In this document: positions 9,574 through 18,186 of the stretch, piece after piece | Layout of the letters: every line of letters begins with the position of its first letter | Position numbering within the stretch: the stretch's first letter is position 1 | Assembly: GCA_039714075.1 (NCBI GenBank) | Contig: JBDLKA010000061.1 | Coordinates: forward strand, 1 to 20,929 | Length of the DNA: 20,929 nt | Origin: Candidatus Krumholzibacteriota bacterium | Lineage (GTDB): Bacteria > Krumholzibacteriota > Krumholzibacteriia > LZORAL124-64-63 | Direction: 5' to 3' | Made by a program: the position numbers and the translations under genes | The notes under the pieces: model-generated | What the model was told of the DNA's origin: nothing | The model's database searches: none | What the model saw: the letters and a program-made list of their open reading frames with translations, nothing else

Positions 9574-9712
9574 GACAACTCTCCTTTCCGAACAGAGTAG
9601 TGGTTCGGAAAGCCTGTGATCAATCGAATTGTGTCTGCGGGTCCTTCCCCGCGAGGTTGCGATACGGGGTTCGCGAGGATCAGGTTAACCCCCGACAGGA
9701 AAGGTGCCCCTG
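9574..9712. promoter_or_regulatory. Divergent intergenic region with a perfect 10-bp inverted repeat at 9584-9612
   Basis: Lies between two divergent starts. Sequence ctttccgaac-N9-gttcggaaag. Confidence 0.55.
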
Positions 9713-12106
9713 ATGAATTCATGGAAATCGGCGGTTCTGCTTCTCGTTCCCCTTCTCGCGTTGACCGTCATGTCCTGCTCAGAGGCCCCCATCGCTCTCC
9801 GTGCCGGGGGGCTCGTCTGCCACCTTGACGCGAGGGGCCACCTGACCTCCCTGGAGAACGGAAGCGCGGGGGTCGAATACCTGGCCCAGGGGCAGCCGGC
9901 TCCGTTGCTTTCGGTGAAGACGGCCGGCCGTTGGATCACCCCCACCCGGCTCGAGCCCGGCGCGGACGACTCGTTCTCGCTGCATTTCGACGACGCCGGC
10001 GTCAGCGTCGAATTCCAGGCGCTCGCCCGCGAAACCCACCTCGCTCTGGAAGTGCTGGCGGTCGAACCCGACACCCTCGTGGACGCGCTGCGCTGGGGGC
10101 CGTTCCCCGTGGCCATCGGGGACACGGTGGGCGAGATCGTGGGCGTGGTCCGCAATCCGGAATTCGCGATCGGGATCCAGGCGCTCAACGCCAAGACCAT
10201 CGGCGGGGTGATGGAGAACGAAGAGGGCTCGATCCTCAGCCGGGGCACCACGGCGGTCAAAACGGATTTCGGTTCCACGCTGAACGCCTTTTCGCTGGAC
10301 CGCTCCCACCCGCGCAGCCTCACCGTCTGGAACGAAGGGCGCGAGCGCTTTTTCCGCATGCCGGTGCCGCCCATTCCGGGCGAGACCGTGGTCGGGTCGA
10401 GGATCGCCCTTTTCGGCTGCGTCCCGGGTTCCGTGCTGGACGTGCTCGGGACCATAGAGACGACCGAGGGCCTGCCCCACCCCGAGATCGACGGCGTCTG
10501 GGCGAAGATATCTCCGGAGACGGGCCGCAGCTATCTCATCGCCCCCTTTTCCGAGGCCACCGTCGACACCTTTCTCGACGCCGTGGAGCGGGCCGGGCTG
10601 ATGACGCTCTACCACGGCGATCCCTTCGAATCCTGGGGACACTTCCGGCTGCGATCCGATCACTTCCCGAACGGAAGGGACGGCATGCGCCGCTGCGTCG
10701 AGAAGGCGACCGCGCGGGACATCCGGATCGGCGCCCACACGCTGACCGCCTTCATCACCCCCGACGACCCGTTCGTCACTCCGCGTCCGGATCCGCGCCT
10801 CGCCGAGACCGGCCGCAGCTACCTGACCGCCGATATCGACGCGGACCAGACGGCCATCGCGATCGAGGACACGTTCCACTTCGCCAACGAACGCGACAAC
10901 ACGCTGCATTGCGTGCGGATCGGGGAGGAACTTGTCCGGTACGGATCCGTCTCGCGCGAGCGGCCCTTCCGGCTCCTGGACTGTGTTCGCGGAGCGTTCG
11001 GGACGACGGCGGCTTCCCATGGCCGGGGCAAACCCGTGGGCAAGCTTCTCGATCATCCCTACGAGGTGTTCTTTCCCAACTTCGAGATGCAGGACGAGCT
11101 TGTCCGGAACCTGGCGGACTTTTTCAACGAAACGGGCATCTCGCAGATGGATTTCGACGGCCACGAGGGCTGCTTCGCCACCGGTCAGGGCGACTTCGCC
11201 AAGGAGCAATTTGCCGAGCGTTTCCACCAGCTTGCCGATCATACGGTCGTCAACGGTTCCAGCCGGTCGAGCCACTACTACTGGCACGTCTGCCACTATC
11301 TCAACTGGGGCGAGCCCTGGTACGAAGGCTTCCGGGAGTCGATGCAACAGTACCGGATCGACAACCAGGCGCTGCTCGAGCGCAACTACCTGCCCAACAT
11401 GCTCGGCTGGTACCTCCTGAAGCCCCACACGACGCTGGCGGACATCGAGTGGATGTTGGCGCGCGCGGCGGGATACGACGCCGGATTCGCCCTGGCCACG
11501 AGCATCGCGGCCATCCGGGGCAATCCCGACCTGGGAAACATCCTGGACGCCATTCGGGAGTGGGAAGACGCCCGTCGCAGCGGCGCGTTTACCCCGGACC
11601 AGAGAGAGGGATTCAGGGATCCGTCGCGGGAGTTCCATCTGCAGGCACTGCCCGAGGCCTGGCGATTCCATCCGATCGAGGGGGCGGGGCCGTTCGACCA
11701 CGAAGGCGGCCCGCGTGCGTCCGGGATGCCCGCGGCATCGACCTGGCGGTGGCGCCAGGAAGCGCCGGCCGGTCCGCTGAGGTTCGTGCTGCGCACGCAA
11801 GGCACCGCGGGAGCTGTCGGGAATCCGGTCCTGACGATCGACCACGCACACCGCCTGGAGCTTCCCGTCCGGCTCGAAGCCGGACAGTCCCTGGCCTGCG
11901 ACGGAGAGCCCGAGGTGCGCGTCTACGACGCCAAGGGACGCTATATCGAGACCGTCCCTTTGGCGGCGGAGTTGCCCCGGCTCGCCCCGGGAACACACGA
12001 GGCAACCTTCGACTGTACTTTCGAGGGGGATCCTTCCCCCCGGGCTTCACTTTCCTTCAGCGCCGTCGGCCGGCCGGAACGCGTCCCGCGTCCGGCCGGC
12101 ACATGA
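9713..12106 (+). CDS. Uncharacterised ~797-aa lipoprotein, putative glycoside hydrolase with a TIM-barrel-like core
   Basis: Lipobox LTVMS-C. Barrel-like segments LMTLYHG, IRIGAHTLTAF and FFNETGISQMDFDGHEG. Located 31 bp upstream of a GH29 gene. CDS is confident; function is inferred. Confidence 0.7.
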   Translation: MNSWKSAVLLLVPLLALTVMSCSEAPIALRAGGLVCHLDARGHLTSLENGSAGVEYLAQGQPAPLLSVKTAGRWITPTRLEPGADDSFSLHFDDAGVSVEFQALARETHLALEVLAVEPDTLVDALRWGPFPVAIGDTVGEIVGVVRNPEFAIGIQALNAKTIGGVMENEEGSILSRGTTAVKTDFGSTLNAFSLDRSHPRSLTVWNEGRERFFRMPVPPIPGETVVGSRIALFGCVPGSVLDVLGTIETTEGLPHPEIDGVWAKISPETGRSYLIAPFSEATVDTFLDAVERAGLMTLYHGDPFESWGHFRLRSDHFPNGRDGMRRCVEKATARDIRIGAHTLTAFITPDDPFVTPRPDPRLAETGRSYLTADIDADQTAIAIEDTFHFANERDNTLHCVRIGEELVRYGSVSRERPFRLLDCVRGAFGTTAASHGRGKPVGKLLDHPYEVFFPNFEMQDELVRNLADFFNETGISQMDFDGHEGCFATGQGDFAKEQFAERFHQLADHTVVNGSSRSSHYYWHVCHYLNWGEPWYEGFRESMQQYRIDNQALLERNYLPNMLGWYLLKPHTTLADIEWMLARAAGYDAGFALATSIAAIRGNPDLGNILDAIREWEDARRSGAFTPDQREGFRDPSREFHLQALPEAWRFHPIEGAGPFDHEGGPRASGMPAASTWRWRQEAPAGPLRFVLRTQGTAGAVGNPVLTIDHAHRLELPVRLEAGQSLACDGEPEVRVYDAKGRYIETVPLAAELPRLAPGTHEATFDCTFEGDPSPRASLSFSAVGRPERVPRPAGT

Positions 12107-12137
12107 GCGGACAACCGGTACACGGGAGGTTGGGATC

Positions 12138-13619
12138 ATGCGCCGGATCATTATTGCCTGGACCGCATCACTGCTTTTGGGAATGTACGCCACGGCGGGG
12201 GCGGAGGAATCCATGGAGTACGTACCGGAGACCGATCCCCTGGTCCTGGAGAAGCTGGAACAGTGGCAGGACCTGAAGTTCGGGCTCCTCATGCACTGGG
12301 CCGCGTCCAGCCAATGGGGTATCGTGGAGTCCTGGTCGCTCTCTCCCGAGGATTATGGTTGGTGTGAACGCCGCGCGGGAGACAATCCGGGGGACTACTT
12401 CGCCTACAAGCACGAATACGAGGGACTCAAGAACACCTTCAACCCGGTTGAATTCGATCCTTCCCTCTGGGCGGAAGCCGCCGCGCATGCCGGCATGCGG
12501 TATGTCGTGTTCACCACCAAGCATCATGACGGTTTCTGCATGTTCGACACCCGGGAGACGGACTACAAGGTCACCGACGAGGGTTGCCCGTTCCACAGCC
12601 ATCCACAAGCCGATATCACCCGAGCCATCTTCGACGCCTTCCGGGAAAAGGGGATGTGGACAGGCGCCTATTTCTCGAAACCCGACTGGCACAACGAGAA
12701 CTACTGGCATCCCTATTTCCCGCCCAGGGACCGCAATGTGAACTACGACCCCGAGGAGTATCCGGAGCGGTGGGACAAGTTCGTCCGGTTCACCCACAAC
12801 CAGATCATGGAACTGGCGAGCGATTACGGCCGGCTGGACATTCTCTGGCTCGACGGCGGCTGGGTCGAAAAAGCGGACCCCGAGAGGATTCGGAAGTGGT
12901 ACGAGAAGAAGATCAAGAAGACTCCTTTGGGGTTCCTCAAGCATCACTTCATCAACCAGGACATCCGCATGGACGAGCTGGTGGCCAAGGTCCGCGTGAA
13001 ACAGCCGGGCCTGATCGTGGTCGACCGGGCCGTCCACGGAAAGAACCAGAACTACCTGACGCCGGAAAACCGGGTTCCCGAGAAGGCGCTGTCCTATCCC
13101 TGGGAATCCTGCATCGTCGCCGGAGGAGGCTGGTCATGGGTACCCGATGCCCGATACAGGAGTGTTCGCGAGACGGTGCATATGCTTGTGGACATCGTCG
13201 CCAAGGGCGGAAACCTCCTGTTGAATATCGGTCCGGCCCCGGACGGTACCTGGGATGAAGGAGCCTATGAGCTGCTCCAGGGTGTGGGAGACTGGATGGC
13301 GATCAACAATGAGGCCATCTACGACACGAGAGCCATGGCCCCCTACAAGACGGGGAGGAACTGCTTCACGCGGAAGACCGACGACGGCGCCGTCTTCGCC
13401 ATCCACCTTGCCGGTGAAGGAGAGACCGGGCCGCCGGCCAGCATCGAAATCGACGGTATCGTGGTTGCGGACAACGCCCGGGTAACCATGTTGGGCGTGG
13501 AGGGCCCACTGGAGTGGAAGTTCGGGGAGCGGGGTTTGACGGTGACGATCCCATCCCACATCCGGACGGCCCCGCCCTGTGCCCATGCCTGGGTTCTGCG
13601 GATTTCACCTTCAAAGTAA
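12138..13619 (+). CDS. Alpha-L-fucosidase, GH29, secreted
   Basis: Motifs WQDLKFGLLMHW, TTKHHDGFCMFD, LWLDGGW, KGGNLLLNIGP. SD GGAGG upstream and a signal peptide. Confidence 0.93.
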   Translation: MRRIIIAWTASLLLGMYATAGAEESMEYVPETDPLVLEKLEQWQDLKFGLLMHWAASSQWGIVESWSLSPEDYGWCERRAGDNPGDYFAYKHEYEGLKNTFNPVEFDPSLWAEAAAHAGMRYVVFTTKHHDGFCMFDTRETDYKVTDEGCPFHSHPQADITRAIFDAFREKGMWTGAYFSKPDWHNENYWHPYFPPRDRNVNYDPEEYPERWDKFVRFTHNQIMELASDYGRLDILWLDGGWVEKADPERIRKWYEKKIKKTPLGFLKHHFINQDIRMDELVAKVRVKQPGLIVVDRAVHGKNQNYLTPENRVPEKALSYPWESCIVAGGGWSWVPDARYRSVRETVHMLVDIVAKGGNLLLNIGPAPDGTWDEGAYELLQGVGDWMAINNEAIYDTRAMAPYKTGRNCFTRKTDDGAVFAIHLAGEGETGPPASIEIDGIVVADNARVTMLGVEGPLEWKFGERGLTVTIPSHIRTAPPCAHAWVLRISPSK

Positions 13620-13667
13620 GGCCGTTCATGGGAGTCCCGATAGCCGTCCGTTCCGGAACCGGCTCCC

Positions 13668-14069
13668 TCAGAACCGGGCGTAGTTCTTCAACTCGTGGAA
13701 CGGGTCATAACGATCCGTGTCTTCGCCATACTTCTCCTTGACCACATCCTCGTGGAGGATGAAGGTCGCGTGCTCACCCGCGATTCGCGAAAAGACGATT
13801 CGCAGTGAATCCCCATCCACTTCCAGGCCGAGTTCACAGAGGTTGCCGTCTTCCTTGGTCCGGAGGGATTCCTGGCACAGGGGGCAGGAGAAATCCCATT
13901 TGGTCCCGTCTTCGCAGGTCACGTTCGGGGGCAGGAAGATTTCGTACTTGCCGGGCTGGGGATGCATTCCGATCAGGACGTTCGAATCACCGTGGGTCGC
14001 GTTTAGAATGATCGCGCAACCGGGATTGAGCATGGCTTGGCACTTTGGACAGCTATATTCCCAACTCAT
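13668..14069 (-). CDS. Hypothetical protein with two CPxC motifs (putative metal-binding)
   Basis: CPKC and CPLC motifs. Strong SD GGAGG before ATG 14069. Protein-like composition. Confidence 0.8.
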   Translation of the reverse strand: MSWEYSCPKCQAMLNPGCAIILNATHGDSNVLIGMHPQPGKYEIFLPPNVTCEDGTKWDFSCPLCQESLRTKEDGNLCELGLEVDGDSLRIVFSRIAGEHATFILHEDVVKEKYGEDTDRYDPFHELKNYARF

Positions 14070-14129
14070 GTTGACCTCCCTTGATCTCCGGATTCCGCCC
14101 GCGTGAGGGGGCGAGTCGTCAAAATCCGC

Positions 14130-14175
14130 AGACTCAACTCAAGTGACAAAATAATAACAAATTTTCAATTAGGCT
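14130..14175 (-). promoter_or_regulatory. AT-rich intergenic tract, probable promoter/operator of the 14069 gene
   Basis: Minus strand reads TTGAAAATTTGTTATTATTTTGTCAC, conspicuously AT-rich in an otherwise GC-rich window. Confidence 0.4.
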
Positions 14176-14178
14176 ATC

Positions 14179-15054
14179 CTATCGATTGGACATCACCTCC
14201 AACAGGTTGTCGGGTTTGAGCTTATGTTTGTCTAGACCGACTTCGGCCGGCTCCAGTCCCTGGGCCAGGGCCAGCAGCTGGAAGAAGTAGACCGGCGGAA
14301 TCGTGAACCCCAGGTCGTACTTGCGGGCGATCCGGATCTGCCCCGTGTCGAACGAATCGAAGCAGGACGGGCAGATCACCCCCATGGCGTCCACCCCGGC
14401 GGCGTGCACCGACTCCAGGATGGTTTTCGTCATCTGCTCGGGAAGGTCGCAGTCCCGGCAGGATTTTCCGCAGCAGATGATCCGCTCTTCGTGGTCCACC
14501 GGTGTGGCCCCGACTGCGCGCAGCATGTCCTCGAAGATGGTCGGGTGATCCGGGTCGTCCACCCGCATGATGTCGCGCGGCTTGAGCAGATGGCAGCCGT
14601 AGTGGACGGCGATCCGGATCCCTTCCAGGGGCCGCGTGACCGAGGCCCGCACGCCTTCCAGACCTACATCGTCACGCAGAACCGTGAGCAGGTGGCGGGT
14701 GTTCACGGTGCCCTGGTATTCCAGATCGATGTGCGCCAGGCGCGCGTTGACCCGGTCCAGCAGTTCCCCTTCCTCGTTCAGAAGATGCGCCGCCTCGGCC
14801 AGGGTCTCGGTGCAGCCGCTGCAGATGGTCACGAAATCGAGTCCCGCCTGCTCGGCGATCACCAGGTTGCGCGCGGCCAGGGTCAGCCATTCCTCCTTGT
14901 GCAACGATTTGAAAAAAACCGGATCGGGGCAGCAACCCAGACCATCCAGATCCACGAGCTCGACACCCAGCTTGCCGACGGTCTTGCGGACCGCCGCCTC
15001 CATCTGGGGGTAACGTACCTGGATCATGCAGCCGGGGAAGAAGGCGAATTTCAT
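14179..15054 (-). CDS. hdrB: Heterodisulfide reductase subunit B (two CCG domains)
   Basis: Motifs FFPGC, GCCP, LAARNL, TICSGC, VHYGCHLLKP, ICCG, VICPSC..FD.GQ, QLLALA. Confidence 0.93.
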   Translation of the reverse strand: MKFAFFPGCMIQVRYPQMEAAVRKTVGKLGVELVDLDGLGCCPDPVFFKSLHKEEWLTLAARNLVIAEQAGLDFVTICSGCTETLAEAAHLLNEEGELLDRVNARLAHIDLEYQGTVNTRHLLTVLRDDVGLEGVRASVTRPLEGIRIAVHYGCHLLKPRDIMRVDDPDHPTIFEDMLRAVGATPVDHEERIICCGKSCRDCDLPEQMTKTILESVHAAGVDAMGVICPSCFDSFDTGQIRIARKYDLGFTIPPVYFFQLLALAQGLEPAEVGLDKHKLKPDNLLEVMSNR

Positions 15055-15539
15055 GTGATACCTCCTTCATCGGCCAGCAGGGTCTGGAGATCCGCCAGGT
15101 CCAGCTCCGGCAGCGGCGGCAGGCCCAGTTCCTTCCGCCGGCGATGCGTGGCCGACGTGACCATGGCGCTGCGGCCGGTGTTCAGCAACCCTTCGACCAG
15201 CCGGTCAACGCCCTCGGGAACGATGCCCCGTTCGCGCATCAGGTTCTTCAGCGCGATGATCACCTCGATGGGCTTGACGTTCTGGGGACAGCGGTCGAAG
15301 CAAGTGAAGCAGTTCGAACACTGCCATACCGGCGACGTGCCGCCGACGACCTCGTCTTCCAGCCCGTACAGAACGGCCAGCATGATCTGCCGCGGGTTGA
15401 AATCCTCGCTGAACCGGGCCGAAGGGCAATCCCCGACGCAGGCGCCGCACTGGTAGCAGTAGTTGACGCCGTCGCCTTCCAGGACCAGGCCCAGCTCTTC
15501 GCGGAAACCGTGATTGATCTTGAGCGGTTCGTCGCCCAC
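15051..15539 (-). CDS. hdrC: Heterodisulfide reductase subunit C (2x[4Fe-4S])
   Basis: Motifs CYQCGACVGDCP and WQCSNCFTCFDRCPQ. ATGA overlap with hdrB. Confidence 0.92.
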   Translation of the reverse strand: MGDEPLKINHGFREELGLVLEGDGVNYCYQCGACVGDCPSARFSEDFNPRQIMLAVLYGLEDEVVGGTSPVWQCSNCFTCFDRCPQNVKPIEVIIALKNLMRERGIVPEGVDRLVEGLLNTGRSAMVTSATHRRRKELGLPPLPELDLADLQTLLADEGGIT

Positions 15540-15542
15540 GGC

Positions 15543-15695
15543 CTACCCCTTCGCTCCGTCCACCGCTTCCAGCGGACGCACGCTGTTGGACCGGCACTCC
15601 GGACACGAACGCTCGGTCAGGACCCCCTTGGGATCATAGTCCTCGACGTAGTCGTGCCCGCAGCGCATGCATTTAAACTTCCAGGGCTTTTCCAC
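15543..15695 (-). CDS. Small (50-aa) zinc-ribbon / rubredoxin-like protein
   Basis: GTG start at 15695 after AGGAAAGGA. Translation (M)[49 protein letters not shown]. Fills the gap between hdrA and hdrC. Confidence 0.78.
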   Translation of the reverse strand: MEKPWKFKCMRCGHDYVEDYDPKGVLTERSCPECRSNSVRPLEAVDGAKG

Positions 15696-18153
15696 TGATG
15701 TCCTTTCCTGTCTTGGCCGCCTTTCTCGCCAGCCTTTCCAGCTTCTTCTGATGTTCGGCCTCGAGCACCTCCATGGTGTGCCGGACCTCCTCGGCCGTGA
15801 CGGTCCGGCGCAGCTCCTCCATCTGGTGCATGGTCTTCTGGAACTTGGGACCCTCGGCCGCACTGATCCATTCGAGCTGCAGCCGCTCGGGCCGGATGTC
15901 GCGCTTTTCGAGGTATTTCCAGAGCCGGTACACGCGCTTGACCGTCTGCCGGTTCGCATCGATGTAGTGGCAGTCGCTGAAGTGGCAGCCGGACACCAGC
16001 ACCACCGGAGCCCCCTTGCGGAAGGCGCGCAGGACGAAGGCTTCGTCCACCCGCGCCGAACACATGGTGCGGATCAGGCGGTTGCTTGCCGGGTACTGCA
16101 TCCGGCTGATGCCAGCCGTATCGCCGCCAGCGTAGCTGCACCAGTTGCAGGCGAAGACGATGACCTTTTCCCTGCTCTTGTCCGCCAGCAACGTGTCCAC
16201 CTGGCTCATGATCTGCCCGTCGGTGAAATGGCGCATGCTGATGGCCTGGAAAGCGCAGGTGGCGGCGCAGTTGCCGCAGCCGGCGCAGGCCGCCTCGACG
16301 ACCTGGGCCTTGGTTTTCGTCGCCTTGTCCGCCGTGATCGCCCCGTAGGGACAGACCGCCGTGCACAGGCCGCAGGCGTTGCACAGGTCCTCGTCCACCA
16401 CCGCGGTGATCGATTCCACCGTGACCTTGCCCGCGTTGAGCAGGGCTCCCGCACGGGCCGCCGCCGCCCCCGCCTGGGTGACCGAGTCCTTGACGTCCTT
16501 GGGCGCCTCGGCGCAGCCGGCGATATAAACGCCCTTGGTGGGTGCGTCCACGGGTTTCAGCTTGGGGTGGGCCTCCATCAGGAAACCGTCGGCGGTGGAG
16601 GAAAGCGTCAGCAGCCGGCGAACCGTCTTGTCCGCCGACTGGGGCCGCGCGCCCACCGAAAGCACGATCATGTCGAACTCGTGCTCCTCCAGTTCCTGGG
16701 AGGTCGTGTTCTCGACCGTCATGCGGAGGGCTCCCGTTTCCGGATCCTCCTCGACCTCGCCCGGGATGCCGCGGATGTACCGCACGCCGGCCTCGCGGCT
16801 TTTGTCGTACAGCTCCTCGAAGCCCTTGCCGAAGGCGCGCATGTCTATGTAGAACACCGTGCACTCGCTCTCCGGGTAGTGGTCGCGGATCAGCAGGGTG
16901 TCCTTCACCGTGTTCATGCAGCAGAAGTTGCTGCAGTAGCCGGCGCCGTCCCGCAGCGAGCGCGAGCCCACGCACTGGATGAACCCGATGCGCTTGGGTG
17001 TCGTTTGGTCTCCGGGCCGCACCAGATGCCCCTCGGTGGGACCGCCGGCACAGATCAGCCGCTCGAACTCCATGCTGGTGACAACGTTTTCGAAGCGGGT
17101 GTAGCCGTACTCGTCCATCGCCGTGGGGTCGTAGGGCTCGATGCCCGTGGCCACGACGATGGTGCCCACGTCCAGCACCACGGTTTCGTCCTGCATGTCG
17201 TAGTCGATCGCCTGCTTCTCGCACACGTCGGCGCACTTGCCGCAGGCGATGGGATTGGTGCCGAGGCACGTCTCCATGTCGATGAGGTAGGCCGAAGGCA
17301 CGGCCTGCGGGAACGGAAGATAAACCGCCCGCCGCGTGGACAGTCCCATCTGGAACTCGTCCGGATGCGCCACCGGGCAGACCTTCTCGCATTCGCCGCA
17401 GCTGTTGCAGAGCGCCTCGTCGACGTAGCGGGCCTTCTTGCGAACCGTGACCTTGAAGTTCCCCACGTAGCCGGAGACGTTCTCGACTTCGCTGAAGGTC
17501 ATCAATTTAATCAGGGGATGCCGACCGGCATCCATCATCTTGGGACCGAGTATTCATATGGAGCAGTCCATGGTCGGGAACGTCTTGTCCAATTGGGCCA
17601 TGATGCCCCCGATACTCGGTTCCTTCTCCACCAGGTAGACCGGGTGTCCCTGGTCCGCCAGGTCCATCGCCGCCTGGATGCCGGCGACGCCGCCGCCGAT
17701 CACCAGGGCCGCCTTTGTCACCGGAAAAGTCATCTCGTCCTGGGGCGTCAGCTTGGTGGCACGGGCCACGGCGCTGGCGACCAGGTCCTTGGCCTTCTCG
17801 GTCGCGGCAGCGGGGTCGTCCCCGTGCACCCACGAGCAGTGCTCGCGGAGATTGGCCATCTCCATGAGGTACGGGTTCATGCCGACGTCCCAGACGCAGC
17901 CGCGGAACGTCGGTTCGTGCATGCGGGGCGTGCAGGAGGCGATGACCACCCGCTCGAGCTTGTCCTCGGTGATGGCCTTCTTTATTTCCTCCTGACCCGG
18001 CTCCGCGCACGTGTACTTGTTCCGCACGACGGTCACGACGCCGGGCAGCGTACGCGCATACTCTTCGACGGCCGCCGTGTCGACGGTGCCGGCGATGTTG
18101 CTGCCGCAGTCGCAGACGAACACACCGATACGGGGAAGGGCTTCCTTGATCAT
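15673..18153 (-). CDS. hdrA: HdrA-MvhD fusion, 826 aa, with an in-frame UGA at codon 200 (probable selenocysteine)
   Basis: Motifs [35 protein letters not shown] (FAD), [12 protein letters not shown][TGA]ILGPKM, an inserted 2x[4Fe-4S] domain, QCVGSR..YCSNFCC and a C-terminal ferredoxin domain. These are followed by MvhD motifs [22 protein letters not shown] and WISAAEG. Both ORF-track fragments are in the same frame. Confidence 0.93.
17516..17533 (-). promoter_or_regulatory. Putative bacterial SECIS hairpin
   Basis: mRNA GGAUGCC-GGUC-GGCAUCC, a perfect 7-bp stem whose G-initiated loop begins 27 nt after the in-frame UGA (17554-17556). Confidence 0.75.
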
Positions 18154-18186
18154 GGTTCACCTCCTCTCGTTCTTTCGGCCTGAAGG

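Noticed and set aside
13620..13667. Bidirectional terminator between convergent genes
   Set aside because: Only short palindromes (gttccggaac; agccg/cggct) with no U-tract, so not supportable.
13619..14179. Functional coupling of sulfatase-released sulfate to the Hdr system
   Set aside because: Adjacency only. The modules are convergent and no sat, apr or dsr genes are in the window.
17554..17556. hdrA as a nonsense pseudogene or two separate genes
   Set aside because: The TGA falls exactly on a conserved Cys column, the frame and all motifs are intact, and a SECIS-like hairpin follows.
1784..18183. Long antisense or alternate-frame ORFs (1784..3991, 4018..5751, 9779..11998, 9931..12276, 15617..17392, 15667..18183)
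   Set aside because: They overlap motif-supported genes, lack recognisable motifs, and are expected from high-GC codon bias.
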